A stretch of DNA of 63,146 nt, the filler included, from Hausera hauseri (Eukaryota), in NCBI GenBank assembly GCA_046269625.1. It is 11 parts of 11 records of this genome, joined end to end, with 100 filler letters (N's around TTAATTAATTAA, not from the genome) between each part and the next. Parts side by side here need not be neighbours in the genome. Positions count along the whole stretch, not along the records: positions 25,013 to 29,163 come from JBJURY010733100.1; positions 29,264 to 35,467 come from JBJURY010126317.1; positions 35,568 to 41,746 come from JBJURY010129317.1; 8 more parts are not named here. One strand, written 5' to 3'. The translations under genes were made by a program, and so were the position numbers. This document shows, piece after piece, positions 25,340-38,335 of this stretch. The notes below the pieces were generated by a model. It saw only the letters and a program-made list of their open reading frames with translations. It had not been told where the DNA came from and searched no databases. Every line of letters begins with the position of its first letter. Position 1 is the stretch's first letter.

Positions 25340-28300
25340 GCGATAATCACCGCGGCCGATTTACGTCTGTCTCGGCTGGACTCCTTTTGTCCACATTTTC
25401 GGTTCACAGTCCGTCAGAAGACTAGCACTTTGGGCGTAGGAATATTTATTCCCGATACTGGCCACGACCTTCACTTTCATCCTTGAAGCAGCTGATTTTG
25501 TTGGTGATCTCGCTGCTGTATAACGGATGATCCGGTGGATAGTTGGCCGTGTCCAGTAGTCCATCTGCCATCATTTGCCGGATCAGTTCGTAGCGATTGA
25601 TGTTTTTTAATTCGAGGAAAAAGCTGTCTGTGTCACCGGCAACGATACTGATTTCAGCCGTCGAGAATTTGCCGATTACGTGCCAAGTCGCGATAATGGT
25701 GCTCGTATATTCGCAACTTGCTCAGGTCCAATACCACTTGTCCGATGTAACTTGGCCGGTCCAGAACTTCTTCCCTGTTTAACAGCATCGCAATCAATCC
25801 ATCGGCAATGTGAATTGACCTCCGAAACTGCACCTTACTTGTTTACGTGACCAATCGCTTTTCGTTATTGCATAGGCGTACATTGAGCCGCTTTTTCAGA
25901 TTCTCCACTGTTTTTCCGTGCAGAGAATCGGTTTTCAGCTTGTTAACAAGCTGGGGCTCGTTTCTCCGAATTTCTATTTATGTACGCCTTGTATATGGGA
26001 GCCTGAGCAAATCGGATTGCACGAATCAACTGCGTGACGCGTACACCGAGCTGCATGTAGAACTGTAGCATACGCCAATGGTCCACGAAATTCAGCTTTG
26101 GTTCATGCGTCATGAGCAGTTTCTTCACTTGAGCCTGACGGACATAGGTTAAATGGTGCGACCGGTAAATCGTCCAAAATGTCATGCAGCTCATCTGGTA
26201 CCACGAGATCGACCTCCATCAGGTATCCGACTGAGCCTGCCATGTCTGCTCGCGGTAGATTGACCATTATATCGTCCAGATCTTGTTTGTCGACTATACA
26301 TTCAAATGAACCGTTCGGCAAAGGTTGCGAAAGCGCTCAGCCATACAGGTTATTGATATCAATATACATCAGTGATGTGGTATCGGTAGCACGGACATGA
26401 TGCTTGTTGACAAATGTCATGCCGCCGCGAATACCAACATTAAACATCCGGTACATTTCCGGGGGTCTTGCAGCAGCTCAGTGTCTCGATCCAGTGCCAT
26501 TAGAGCTGACGCCAAACTCATTCCCGGTATGGAATAAAAGTTGAGTGGCTCCAGCCATTCTTTAGGCAACGCTTTCGCCCGAAACGCCTGGAACACATCG
26601 GCCAATAAATACACGTTTAGTTTAAGATACTGGAGCATCTAATCCAACATGTTTCTACAGCCGAGTTTTGTCCAACACCTCTGCTTTCCGGTATTCATCT
26701 CCTGCAATACCTGTCCATCGTGGCGGTAATTCCTCTGTTGTCCGCAGTCGCTCATACAATGTTGCAAAGTCATGGAAATATGCCTTTGCTGCGTTCAATA
26801 TGTGCAGGGAACTGCGTCATTGCTATCGGCACATCTGGCGAGGCATTTACCAACTTTGCCAATGATTCATTGAGAAATTGCAATGAATCAAGGAAGCGTA
26901 CCTGGAACCGGTTTATATGAGGATACAGTGACAGGTATTTCTTCATCGTAGTCGGAATTACGAATAGTTCCCAGTGCGCAAATCCGTTTATTACCCATTT
27001 CAAAATATGGTGACAATCATAACCCCTAAAGTTATGAAATTCCACAGGCAGGAATGGACGCACACGCTTTGCCAAATTGCATGAATTACATGCTGCTCCG
27101 AGATATTGACCGGTAAAATTATCGTGATCTGGTGTGAGCCGTTCCTGTGCATCAAACGGTAATATTCTGTGACACAGGTAACATTCATCTGTGACTGTAA
27201 ACATCAGGCGTTCATCATCATCTGTCCACATCAAGGGTTTATTGCTATTTCTACTGTACCAGAGTGCGATTTCAGTTTCCATTGTGGTTTGCAACTGCTG
27301 CAAGAAATCGCGTACACAATTCCATCCGTGGAAAACATGATATTGAGGTTTACCTGCGGCTTTCATTGGAACAACCAATATACAGACTGCAATTGGAACA
27401 TGTTTTTTTCATATATGTTGTGCCGTGGTAAGGTAGCTTCGATATCGGCTATACCACATATGCCGGGCTGTCTGTTTTTGGCCAATCGGTGAACCTGAGT
27501 TCCTGTTTGACGGGCATGACAACATTGTGGTTCCTGACGAATTTTGTCTGCACAGAGTTACATGTTTCTCCCATGTTGTTTCCGACCTGAATCCATGAAG
27601 ACATACGAGAAACCATTTACACTATCCGTTTTTGGAGGAAATGGTCATGCTCCATGTTCAGTAGTCTATCCAGATTTGTCACTGCAACGTAATGGTACTT
27701 TTCGTTCCAGTAGCAGCAAATTTACTGAGCGGTTATTTGGGTTCCGACTACGATAGGCTATATGCACATGAGGATTTTTGTAAATTTCTTCATCCGCTGG
27801 TATTTCTACGATTGTGTTGTACCGGAACACGTTGATTTCCAGTGTCGGATTACGCCGTTCAAAAGTCGGAATGGATTTCAATTTTATCGGCATACAGCTT
27901 TTATCGAAATCCAATTCGGAAAAATATTTCTGATACTGCTTTGGACGATATGCACTATATCTGTCCACTTCGTCATATTTCAATACCGCCAGAATACTGT
28001 AAAGAAAACAGTATTCATCGTTAGTATTTTTTACATTCACTACAGCCAGAGACTACTTCAGAATTCCACGTGTCGGTGTAAATGATCGCCAGGACAAATG
28101 TTTTATGTCACTCGACTTTGTTATGATAAAGCCGAGGGTGACAATTTTTATAATTCGCCATCCACTATCCTTTTCGGTGTACTTGGCGATTTTCTCCTCG
28201 AGCTTTTCGCCTACGTCGGCAATAAAATCGCTGGCAAATGGTACAGCTCGATGTAACAGGTACAATTGTTTTCTGTCACCCTGTATATTCTCAAATTCTG

Positions 28301-28428
28301 CCAGTGCATAATATTGTACTTTGCAGTGTTGGTGTTGGAATTTCTCCACTTCCGATTCCAACCGGTTACGCACATTTTACGGAACATATCTAAATTGCGC
28401 CGTTGTTGTTGTTATTTTCGCCGACATG
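25340..28428 (-). pseudogene. Near full-length protein-primed DNA polymerase B (Maverick/adintovirus type), frameshifted
   Basis: DSGWRI, NVKNTNDEYCFLYSILA, FERRNP, ADIEA (ExoI), DHDNFTGQYLGAACNSCN, FHNFRGYDCH, RFLDSLQF, KGIFP, LLADVFQAFR, YIDINNLYG, GYLMEVDL, SLHGKTVEN, GDTDSFF, CFKDE, LRPK, all in the expected order. Confidence 0.93.
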
Positions 28429-28445
28429 TTCGCTTTTATGTCCAC

Positions 28446-28664
28446 TTATAATCTGTTCAGATCGTACTTGGCATAAATATAGGGATCCTGTTGTATCTGT
28501 TCCTCTTGCTGTTGATGCTCCTGCTGATCCTGCTGTTGCTCTTCTTCTTGCAGCTCGGTACTGGTTCTAATGTATTTGTCCAGACTTGTTGATACCTTAC
28601 GTTTCCTGCTGGTTGTTATTGTTGTTGTTGTTGAAGGGACACTGTTGATTTTTGTTGATTCCAT
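28446..28664 (-). CDS. Small T/Q/E-rich hypothetical protein upstream of pPolB
   Basis: Intact 72-aa ATG ORF with a basic RKRK motif, co-oriented and tightly packed with pPolB. Confidence 0.45.
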   Translation of the reverse strand: MESTKINSVPSTTTTITTSRKRKVSTSLDKYIRTSTELQEEEQQQDQQEHQQQEEQIQQDPYIYAKYDLNRL

Positions 28665-28694
28665 TAATATTTGTTTTCTCTACCACCGCTGAAA

Positions 28695-29084
28695 CTAGTT
28701 TAAATTGTCCTGGTGCTCATTGTAAAATTGCTCATAGTTGATTTCATCATGAATTATTGAACAACCGGGACAAATATAGACCTGTTTGCCGTGTACCGTT
28801 ATGGCGCCATAGTATTGCTCTGTTGCACCATGGCAACCATTAACGTCGTGTACTCTACTTGTACAGTACCGTGGGTACATGGGACAATGCACTAGAATCA
28901 TCTTCTTCAACCATGTAAATGGTCCAAGATGATGCTTGTGAATTTCATAAAAATCGGGGTACGGATATTGGGCTGAAACATAACACGTCGGACACAGATA
29001 TGTGTCCATTCCAACGTTGTAATACTTCGCCATCTGTTGATGGCACTGTTCTGCCTCCTCATGTATGCGACAGACGCAGTACAT
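28695..29084 (-). CDS. Cys/His-rich putative zinc-binding protein, probably an accessory gene of the Maverick-like element
   Basis: Intact 129-aa ORF with CxC..H, YLCPTC and YICPGC motifs; co-oriented with pPolB. Confidence 0.5.
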   Translation of the reverse strand: MYCVCRIHEEAEQCHQQMAKYYNVGMDTYLCPTCYVSAQYPYPDFYEIHKHHLGPFTWLKKMILVHCPMYPRYCTSRVHDVNGCHGATEQYYGAITVHGKQVYICPGCSIIHDEINYEQFYNEHQDNLN

Positions 29085-29265
29085 GAGATATTGTGAACAT
29101 TTCTAAATTTAAACAAATTAAAGTAAATGTTAACTTTAAATTGAAAACATTAAATACAATTATNNNNNNNNNNNNNNNNNNNNNNNNNNNNNNNNNNNNN
29201 NNNNNNNTTAATTAATTAANNNNNNNNNNNNNNNNNNNNNNNNNNNNNNNNNNNNNNNNNNNNAA

Positions 29266-32200
29266 CTCATTTGTCTACGGGCTATTCAGGATGTAAATGT
29301 GCCAAAATTTTTGATGGACGATTTGAAATTGTTCAATGGTGTTGTGTCGGATTTGTTTCCAAATATTCGGTATCTCATGGAACAACCTATCGATTATGGA
29401 GATCTACTCATTTCAATTCAGACGTCTGCAAGACGAATGGCTCTCAAAGATGTTGAAGGTTTCGTACACAAATGTATACAGCTGTATGAAACCACTGTTG
29501 TTAGGCACGGTCTGATGCTTGTTGGACCTACCGGATCTGGGAAAACCAAATGTTATGAAGTACTGAAAGCGGCTCTTTCTTCACTTAAAGATCAGATATC
29601 ACCCGATGGAAGTCCGTTTCAAACTGTTCACACTTACGTATTAAATCCAAAATCAATTACAATGGGACAATTATATGGTGAATTTGATTTGATGACCCAT
29701 GAATGGACAGATGGAATACTGAGTACACTTATCCGACAAGGGGTCGTAGCAAATGGACCTGATAAGCGTTGGTATGTTTTCGACGGACCTGTTGATGCCG
29801 TTTGGATCGAAAATATGAATACAGTTCTTGATGATAACAAAAAACTGTGTTTAAGTAGCGGTGAAATAATCAAACTTTTGGAAGAAATGACGATGATGTT
29901 TGAAGTTGCCAATCTGGCTGTGGCTTCGCCTGCAACTGTTAGTCGTTGTGGTATGGTCTATTTAGAACCAAGCATTCTTGGATTGGAACCATTTGTTGAT
30001 TGTTGGATAAAAACCCTTCCTGATGCAATTTATCCCCATAGAGAATTGCAAACTAGATTGTTTGAATTCTACCTGGAGGATTCTGTTGAATTTGTCCGTC
30101 GAAATGTAAGAGAAATTGTTCCAACCACAAATGGGCAATTGACCTTCAGTCTTCTTAAATTGATGGATAGCTTCTTCCGTCCATTCGTTCCGGAAGAGTT
30201 ATCTATCGAAGCAAAAACTACCAAAAAGAAAGCCGAAAGACAATTGCAACAAAATAATCAAAATTTAAATGCTCCTCTGCGGCCGTTGAAAACAAAGAAG
30301 ATTCACAAGGCTGAGAAAATTCCAGATGAAATTGTCAACAAGATTGGCGAGGCAATAGAATCATGGTTTCTATTTAGTTTAATTTGGTCATTTGGCGCCT
30401 CCGGTGATTTTGACAGTTGCAAGAAATTTGATACTTACTTACCTCAAGAATGGAAAGACGATATTAAAAAATTTATGATGATTGCCGGTCTGGAAAATAA
30501 ACCCATAACTTTCCTGTTTTCAGATACTCAGATTAAAGATGAGTCATTCTTGGAAGATCTTAACAATATATTCAATTCTGGTGATGTTTCAAATCTCTAC
30601 AGTTTCGATGACTTGGAACTAATTTACGGCGAAATGAAACCAATTGTTCAGGATCAAAATTTACAAGCAACAAAAACGAATTTGTTTTCAGCTTTCACTA
30701 AAAGAGTTCGTAACAATCTTCACACAGTGATAACAATGAGTCCAATTGGAGAAGTTTTCAGAGCTCGTCTTAGACAATTTCCAGCATTGGTTAACTGCTG
30801 TACAATTGATTGGTTTAGTCAATGGCCCCAAGAAGCATTAGAATCTGTTGCATTGAGATTTCTTAATGATATTCCGGATCTGGAAGTTTCCGATGAAATT
30901 ATTAAAGGTATGGTTTCGGTGTGTAAAGAAATCCACCAGTCTGTATTTAATTACACTGAAAAATATCGACAAGAATTATCTCGACACAACTATGTCACAC
31001 CAACGAGTTACTTGGAATTACTAGGTATTTTTTCTAAGATATATGGATTAAAGAAAACTGAAATTCTAACAGCCAGAAATAGAACAAAGAATGGTCTCGA
31101 CAAAATTTTGTATACTGAGGATATTGTATCAAAATTACAGGAAGAGTTGGAAATAATGAAACCACAGTTAGAGCAAGCAGTAGAAGAGTCAAAAGCCACT
31201 AATGAAGAAATTGAAAGAGATTCGGAAATGGCTAAAGAAACACAAATTGTTGTGACTCGAGAAGAAGCTGTTGCTGCTAAGAAAGCAAAAGAATGCGAGA
31301 TTATTCGAGATGATGCTCAGAGAGATTTGGATGAAGCACTTCCAGCTCTGTTTGAATCACTGGAAAGTCAAAAAAAACTAAACAAAAATGATATAACAGA
31401 AGTGAGAGCTATGATGCGACCTCCAGAAGGTGTAAGGTTGGTCATTGCAGCAGTTTGTATAATGAAAGACGTTAAACCGAAGAAAATAGCCGGAGATAAA
31501 CTTGGAGAAAAGAAATATGATTATTGGGACGGCGGTAAAGCACCTTTAACAGAACCTCAAAAGTTTCTCGATTCCCTATTTACATACGACAAAGATAATA
31601 TCCCTGATGCTATTATTCAAAAAATAGCCCCGTATATCGATTCGGAAAACTTTCAACCGTTAGCTATTGAAAAGGTTAGCCGAGCTTGTACAAGTATTTG
31701 TCAGTGGGTTAGAGCAATACATAAATATCATTTTGTCGCAAAAGGTGTTGCTCCAAAACGAGAAGCACTTTTAAAATCAGAACAGGAGTTGGATGAAACA
31801 AAGAAGATTTTGAAAGAAGCTAGAGCAAAACTTAAGGCTGTTGAAGACAGAATTGAGGTATTGAAAGAAAAATTTGATGTTTGCGCCAGACGTCAGAAGG
31901 AATTAGAAAACAAAAGCGACCTTTGTGAAGCTAGACTTACTCGTGCTGACACGTTAATCGGAGGTCTGAGTAGTGAAAAAGTAAGATGGCAAGACGCTGT
32001 TATATATTATGACCATCTGCTTAATAACATCGTGGGAAATGTATTGATATCATCTGCTTTCGTTGCGTATTTGGGCCCATTTACAGGTGAATATCGTTCC
32101 AATATGTGCCATGAATGGGTTAATGCATTAAATATTTTAGCAGTTCCATATACTGATAAGCCAGCTCCAAATCTTGTTGATACCTTTGGCGATCCAGTAA

Positions 32201-34212
32201 AAATCAGAAATTGGCAGATTGATGGACTTCCAAAGGACACTTTATCTACTGAAAACGCAGTCATTGTTCAATTTTCGAAACTATGGCCATTCTTTATCGA
32301 TCCACAAGGACAAGTTAACAGATGGATAAAAAATCTTCAACGAGAAAATGGTCTTGACATAATTAAATTAACTGACAGAGATTTTCTACGAAGCTTAGAA
32401 AATGCCGTTAGATTCGGTAAACCTTGTCTGTCGGAAAATGTCGGCGAAGAACTTAATCCCACGTTAGAGCCCATCTTATTAAAACAAACATTCAAGCAAC
32501 AAGGTGCTGTTGTGATTAAATTGGGAGATGCGATTATACCGCACCATGATGATTTTAGATTTTATATAACAAAAAAGCTACCCAATCCACATTATACTCC
32601 AGAAGTTTCAACTAAAGTGACGGTTGTTAATTTTACATTATCACCAAGTGGTTTGGAAGATCAATTGCTCGGAATGGTGGTTGCGGAAGAACGACCCGAT
32701 TTGGAAGATGCAAAAAATCAGCTTATTGTTAGTAATGCTAAAATGAGACAAGAATTGAAGGAAATTGAAGATAAGATTCTTTATCGACTAAGTGTCGCCG
32801 AAGGATCACCAGTAGACGACATTGATTTAATACAAACGTTGGAGGCGTCGAAACTCAAATCAAACGAAATCGAATCAAGAGTGATTATTGCTGAACAGAC
32901 TGAAAAGGATATTGATGAGACTCGTTCACGTTATATTCCGGTTGCCGTTCATACACAGCTCTTGTTTTTCTGTGTCTCTGATTTGGCTAATATAGATCCG
33001 ATGTATCAGTACTCTCTGGAATGGTTTTTGAACATTTTCCAAAATGGTATTAAAAATGCTGCAAAAGCAGAAGCTCTTACTGACCGTATTGACAATATCA
33101 ATGACTATTTCACATTCAGTCTCTATTCCAATGTTTGTCGCAGTCTTTTCGAAAAGCATAAGCTTTTGTTTGCATTTCTATTATCAACTCGTATACTCAT
33201 GAACGAAGGGAAGATTGATATGGTTAGTTCTATTTTGTAATGATCATCATGTGTTTGTGTTTCAAGGCTGAATGGCGATATTTACTTGCGGGTGGTACCC
33301 ATAAGTTGAAAGATTTACTCAATCCTGCTCCGGAATGGATTTCCGAGCGAATCTGGGGCGACGTTCTCACTTTGGGGTCGCTTCCGAATTTTAATAAATT
33401 TCCAGATGAATTTGCAAAGAAATATCTTGACGGTTTCAAACTAATTTTTGACAGTACTCAGCCGCACAGAGAACCACTGCCTGGAGAGTGGAATGATTTT
33501 TGTGACAGATTTCAGAAATTATTGGTTTTACGTTGTCTACGAATGGACAAATTGACAAATGCAATGCAAGATTTCGTTGCATTCTTTTTGGGCCAAAGAT
33601 TTATAGAACCGCAAACTGCTGATTTAACGCTTGTATATAAGGACAGTTCACCAACTACTCCACTTATATTTGTCCTTTCACAGGTTATCATTTATTATAT
33701 CTATATGGATATTATTTTTTTTATTATTTTATTTGTTTGTATTCCGCATTTATCTAACTTAAATTCATTTAGGGTACAGACCCTGCAACTGATTTATACA
33801 AATTTGCTGATGATATGAAATTTAGCAAAAAGTTATCGGCGATTTCTCTCGGTCAAGGTCAAGGTCCTCGTGCTGAAGAACTTTTAAAGGCTGCTATGGA
33901 ACGAGGAAAATGGGTCTTTTTCCAAAATTGCCATTTGGCTCCTTCATGGATGCCATCATTAGAACGTTTAGTTGAACAGATTGACCGAGATAAGGTTCTT
34001 TACTCAGATGTCCTACAAAACTGAAATTATTTTATCACTAGGTACATAAAGATTTTCGACTATGGTTAACAAGTATGCCAAGTCCAAAATTCCCTGTGTT
34101 TATACTACAAAATGGCAGTAAGATGACTGTAGAACCACCAAGAGGAATAAAAGCAAATTTACTCAAATCGTACACGGGATTCACTGATGAGTTTCTTAAT
34201 TCAATTCTTAAG
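29266..34212 (+). CDS. DNAH1: Axonemal dynein heavy chain 1-like, partial; exons 29266-33222, 33267-33683, 33773-33994, 34042-34212
   Basis: RHGLMLVGPTGSGKT (AAA2), FDGPVDAVWIENMNTVLDDNKKLCL, CCTIDWF, stalk coiled coil, IDPQGQ, LPNPHYTPE, SLGQGQGP, QNCHLAPSW, DFRLWLTS; GT-AG introns of 44, 89 and 47 nt. Functional status is doubtful (see finding). Confidence 0.92.
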
Positions 34213-34399
34213 GTTTGTTGCTGTTCATTTTATAGTATATTGACTTACATTTTTATATACTAGTCAAATTATTTAATAAATGTGCAAAATAATATATTTG
34301 AAAATCGTTTTGATATCTTTTCCATATGACATTCCGATAGTTATAATAATATTTACTACAAAAACTTCATGAGACGTACAAGCGATCCACAATTCGACA

Positions 34400-34900
34400 C
34401 TCACGGAACAAAATGAACATTGACCACTGTCTCTGTTTCAGGAATTAAGCTCAAAGTTTTTCAAAAAATTTTCAGTGTCCAAGTTGTCGTTGGACTTCTT
34501 AAGTTTTTGTTGCATTATACCTCAAACCGAGTAATCCATCTGATTAATATTTCGAGAGTTTCAAAGCCACTTGATTATTGTCCCAAATTGATAATAAAAG
34601 TTTCTGATGCAGTGCAATTGAAGTTGTGCCAGAAAGTGAAGTTCCATAGTGCTATTGTATTTACCAGTTTTACTCACTAAAATGTGCTTTGACCCAAGAA
34701 TTCAACACGGTTTTCAAAGTATCTTATTGGTATTTTTGGTACATTCATCTCTAAACATCTTTCCACAAAAATGAGCGGAGTGTTACCACCTGAAAATGGT
34801 TTTGCATAAAAAAGTGGTTTTGCATAACAACTTTACGGTCTTTTGTACATTTTTCAGCAGCTGTTTGTCATTCTGTGTTGTGACAACATTCTACAGTGAA
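34400..34900 (-). mobile_element. Highly decayed Tc1/mariner-like transposase remnant
   Basis: Minus strand NQMDYSV*GIMQQK resembles the (SPDL)NPMDYSVWGIL motif; LKTVLNSWVKAHF lies upstream. Confidence 0.4.
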
Positions 34901-35184
34901 CGTTTTTGTGTAAACACAGTAAAGCCCAAGGCATTTTTAGTAATTTAGTCAATAAACGTTCCCTTCTGGGCGCGTACAGTTCGTAGAATGTCGTGATTCA
35001 CTGCAAGAAGCCACAAACATCGACCGATTCCAATAATCATCATCATAAAAATCATCATTCAGTCCAGCTTATTCTAACAACAACCGATTATTCCAAACTA
35101 GCTAAAATTACCCTAACTATGCAGAAATTTCAATGATTTTCTATATAGTTGCAAAATCATTCTTGCTTCTTCACTTCGAAAGCG

Positions 35185-35467
35185 AGCCTTCACAGAACAT
35201 TTAAATTGTTGTCGAGAATTTAAATTGATCAAACATTTGAATTAAATAAAGTGAATTCATGAAGGCAAAAAAATAAAATCTTGCTAATTGGTCGGATCCA
35301 CTGGACCAGTTGGTAATATTTTATTTAGCGTTTTTTTTGTTTAAAACGTTGAATCGGGTCAATTCGCAAAAATATTATTTTTCTGTCTTCACGAATTCTC
35401 TTAATTTAATTCAAATGTTTGATCAGTTTAAATTCCCAGCAACAATTTAAATGCTCTGTGAAGGCTT
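35185..35467. repeat. Imperfect inverted repeat (~90-bp arms, ~100-bp spacer), MITE/foldback-like
   Basis: agccttcacagaacatttaaattgttg..gatcaaacatttgaattaaa versus tttaattcaaatgtttgatc..caacaatttaaatgctctgtgaaggct. Confidence 0.8.
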
Positions 35468-37359
35468 NNNNNNNNNNNNNNNNNNNNNNNNNNNNNNNNN
35501 NNNNNNNNNNNTTAATTAATTAANNNNNNNNNNNNNNNNNNNNNNNNNNNNNNNNNNNNNNNNNNNNTTTGTCTTCAACGCTCTCGAATAAAACGTAGTC
35601 ACAGAAAAATAGTGGTAGTCGCAGAAAATTGTGTTGCTGTGGTCATTTGTACTCAGTTTATATAGCAGTTTGGACTACCATTATGATTAATCAAATCTGG
35701 AGCGATAACTAAATTGACGTTTGGGTTTCCACATGAGTCCGGAAATTAAAACCCTCATCTGACAATTAACTAATGGGTTTTCGTACATAAACCCGAGATC
35801 ATAATCTAATGCAATCGATTTTGTCTTCGGACACTCCATGGGACGAACAATCTCCAAAGATTAATTAGATTGATGTAATCAGCCCAAATGTTTACCTCGT
35901 AAAAACTCGACCTTCATTGACTGTACTAGTCAATTAATGACACCAGTATAAAACTTCTGTTAATTAACTTTGTTAACTTTTTCGTAACTTTTGTTTTGTT
36001 CGAAACCACTACTTTTCTTTATCATTGTGACTTGATATTTTCAGCAATAAATCTTGACCCTAAGGTACATCCATTTTTCATAATTCCCTGCCAATCAATA
36101 TCAAAAATAATTAACATTAACAACCTTTTATGTCCTACACAATATTTCTAATTCCTGCACATTTGTACAACTCAAGCACAATAATACAAACGATTATCCA
36201 AAAATCCTAAACACATCCCGTTTCATAATTTCTGAAATTGCCGTAAACATCCGTTCACTAATAAAACTGTAATAACAATTTTCTTCTTTTTAACATATGT
36301 ACAAACACATACATACATATCTAGACGCAGTCAGAAACGTATTTGTCGTGAAATTTGTAACAATTCATTGCAATTCTGTACTGATACTTGTCTTTCACTT
36401 TACATGTTCCACTTTCTATTTTATTAATTATTACTTTAACCGCCTTGGGTAACAATATCATACATTAACAGCAATAGTGGAGATACCTATCAGGGGTTTA
36501 ACAATGTCACAAGAGCAAGACGTTTATATATAAAAGTATTTATTATTTATAACAAAATATTCACATAGTCACAATAACGATTGAACTGAAAAGTTTAAGA
36601 TCACAAAATATCATTATTCACGTCAATGTTTCGGATCACAATCACAGTTAACAACGCAGTATTTCTGATTCTCTGAACCACGATTCGGACGTCAAAACCG
36701 GTCATTCTGGGTTCGGTTTGATGCTCAAAGTTAGGATCGGTTCACTGTACAGAAAAATCGCTAAACTTTTTGGTGATAAATTTTTTTTTCAGTGCTTTTG
36801 AAATTTGTACTTTTTGATTTTCATTTGATGCTTTTTGGAATTTTGTTCTGTGGCTTTGGATTGTTCGGTTTGGATTGTTATTTTTTAATGCGGTTTTCGA
36901 ATTTGTTTAGCTGGACTCTTGCTCTTCAAGCTCGTTTTCGATTTTTACTTTTTGGGATTTTTGTTGATTGGGGAAATTGTTATTTCTCTCAGGTTTCAAA
37001 TTCAAAAAGGTCAATTTGGGATGCTGATCGATTTTTTTATTTTTTAATTTAGATTGTTGGGTAATTAAGAGATCCTAACACTTTGTCACCGTGAACGTGT
37101 TCTAAGTTTTGTTTGTTTCACAATTATAATGTGTCATGGTAATCAATGGTGATATGAAGTGGCGGAATTAGCTTTACTGTAAATCAGAGACATATAAAAT
37201 ATAACGATGATTAATAATATGAGAGATAATATGGAAACAAAACTAAGATTATGCAATATGAGCTGCTACATGTTACGTCATTTCGCATGTCTCCAACTTC
37301 CCTATAATTTGCAAAGAAATTTTGAATTTTCATACGATGTTCGTTTTGTGGTTGCATTT

Positions 37360-38079
37360 CTATGGTTGCATTGGAGCTGAACAACTGTAATACGTGGTGA
37401 GAGACAGATAGTACACTCATGAGTGGGGAAATTTGGGAAGTTTATTGATTGTATTGTGGCTAAAAAATTGAGTGGGGCTAAATCGGCGATAAGATCTATT
37501 GAACATTTGTTTAAGAAGGGAAACCATTCTTGTTGTAAAGAGGTTGGTATTGGACGGCTGTAGGAAATAGATAAAATTGCAGAAAGTGGTAGTTCTGACA
37601 GTGGATTATCGATATGTTCAGCTTGATATCGTGGGTTTGGTATAGAAGATGGTTGGTGTAACAATGACGTAACATTTATGTGGGGTTGAGGTGTCCTAAA
37701 TATGGTAGAAGGTGGTCTTACTATTGTTTTCGGGTAAAAACGATGAATGGGAAATTCTACTCGGACTGAGGATTGTTGTAAGGGTAAAAAAATATCTAGT
37801 TGGCAATAATTGTGGGATTGGCATATTGGTAATGGTAAGTAATGCTCTTTAGGGATGATGATAGTATATAAAGATATAACTGGGTCAGTAACACCATAGA
37901 CTACAAATTAAGGATCGATGGTAAGATTCTATTTGATAACAATGAGAACAGTATTCAGCATTGCAACAGCTAAATTGATAAGCTGTTCTGTTAGGTTTAT
38001 GACATAAACAACATGTATGTAGTTGGAAATAATGAAGTGAGAAGGGGGCTTTGTAATCCCAAGTATAATAATAGGTCAT
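37360..38079 (-). pseudogene. RING-finger-like fragments (two)
   Basis: CCLCHKPNRTAYQFSCCNAEYCSHC..ICSLWC (37885-38079) and ECTICLSPRITVVQLQCNH (truncated near 37365). Confidence 0.55.
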
Positions 38080-38335
38080 AGTATCAGTGTCTTCAATGGT
38101 TTCAAATGTTGTGATATCAAGTAGAGATTGTTCAGAATCAGATGGATTTGCATTATGTTTGATGCAATATTTTACTTCTAATTTATATACGGGACAATAT
38201 GGTATTGGATTGGCTTAAGATTCAATTCGATCTATGCAAAAAGAAATATTATAAGAAGACATGGAATAAATCGGTACACTACATCGAGATTACACGGCAT
38301 TCCATGCATTCATGATAATCTGAAAATAAGAAGAG

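Noticed and set aside
15787-29163. One complete Maverick made of pPolB + integrase + pPolB
   Set aside because: The parts are on three separate contigs, and the integrase is gypsy-type with a GPY/F tail.
29634-33159. Antisense ORFs within dynein (likewise within 54872-56449 and the pPolB genes)
   Set aside because: These are shadow ORFs of real coding strands with no independent motifs.
36505-37080. Possible solo LTR (TG...CA)
   Set aside because: No target-site duplication, PPT or PBS was found to fix the boundaries.
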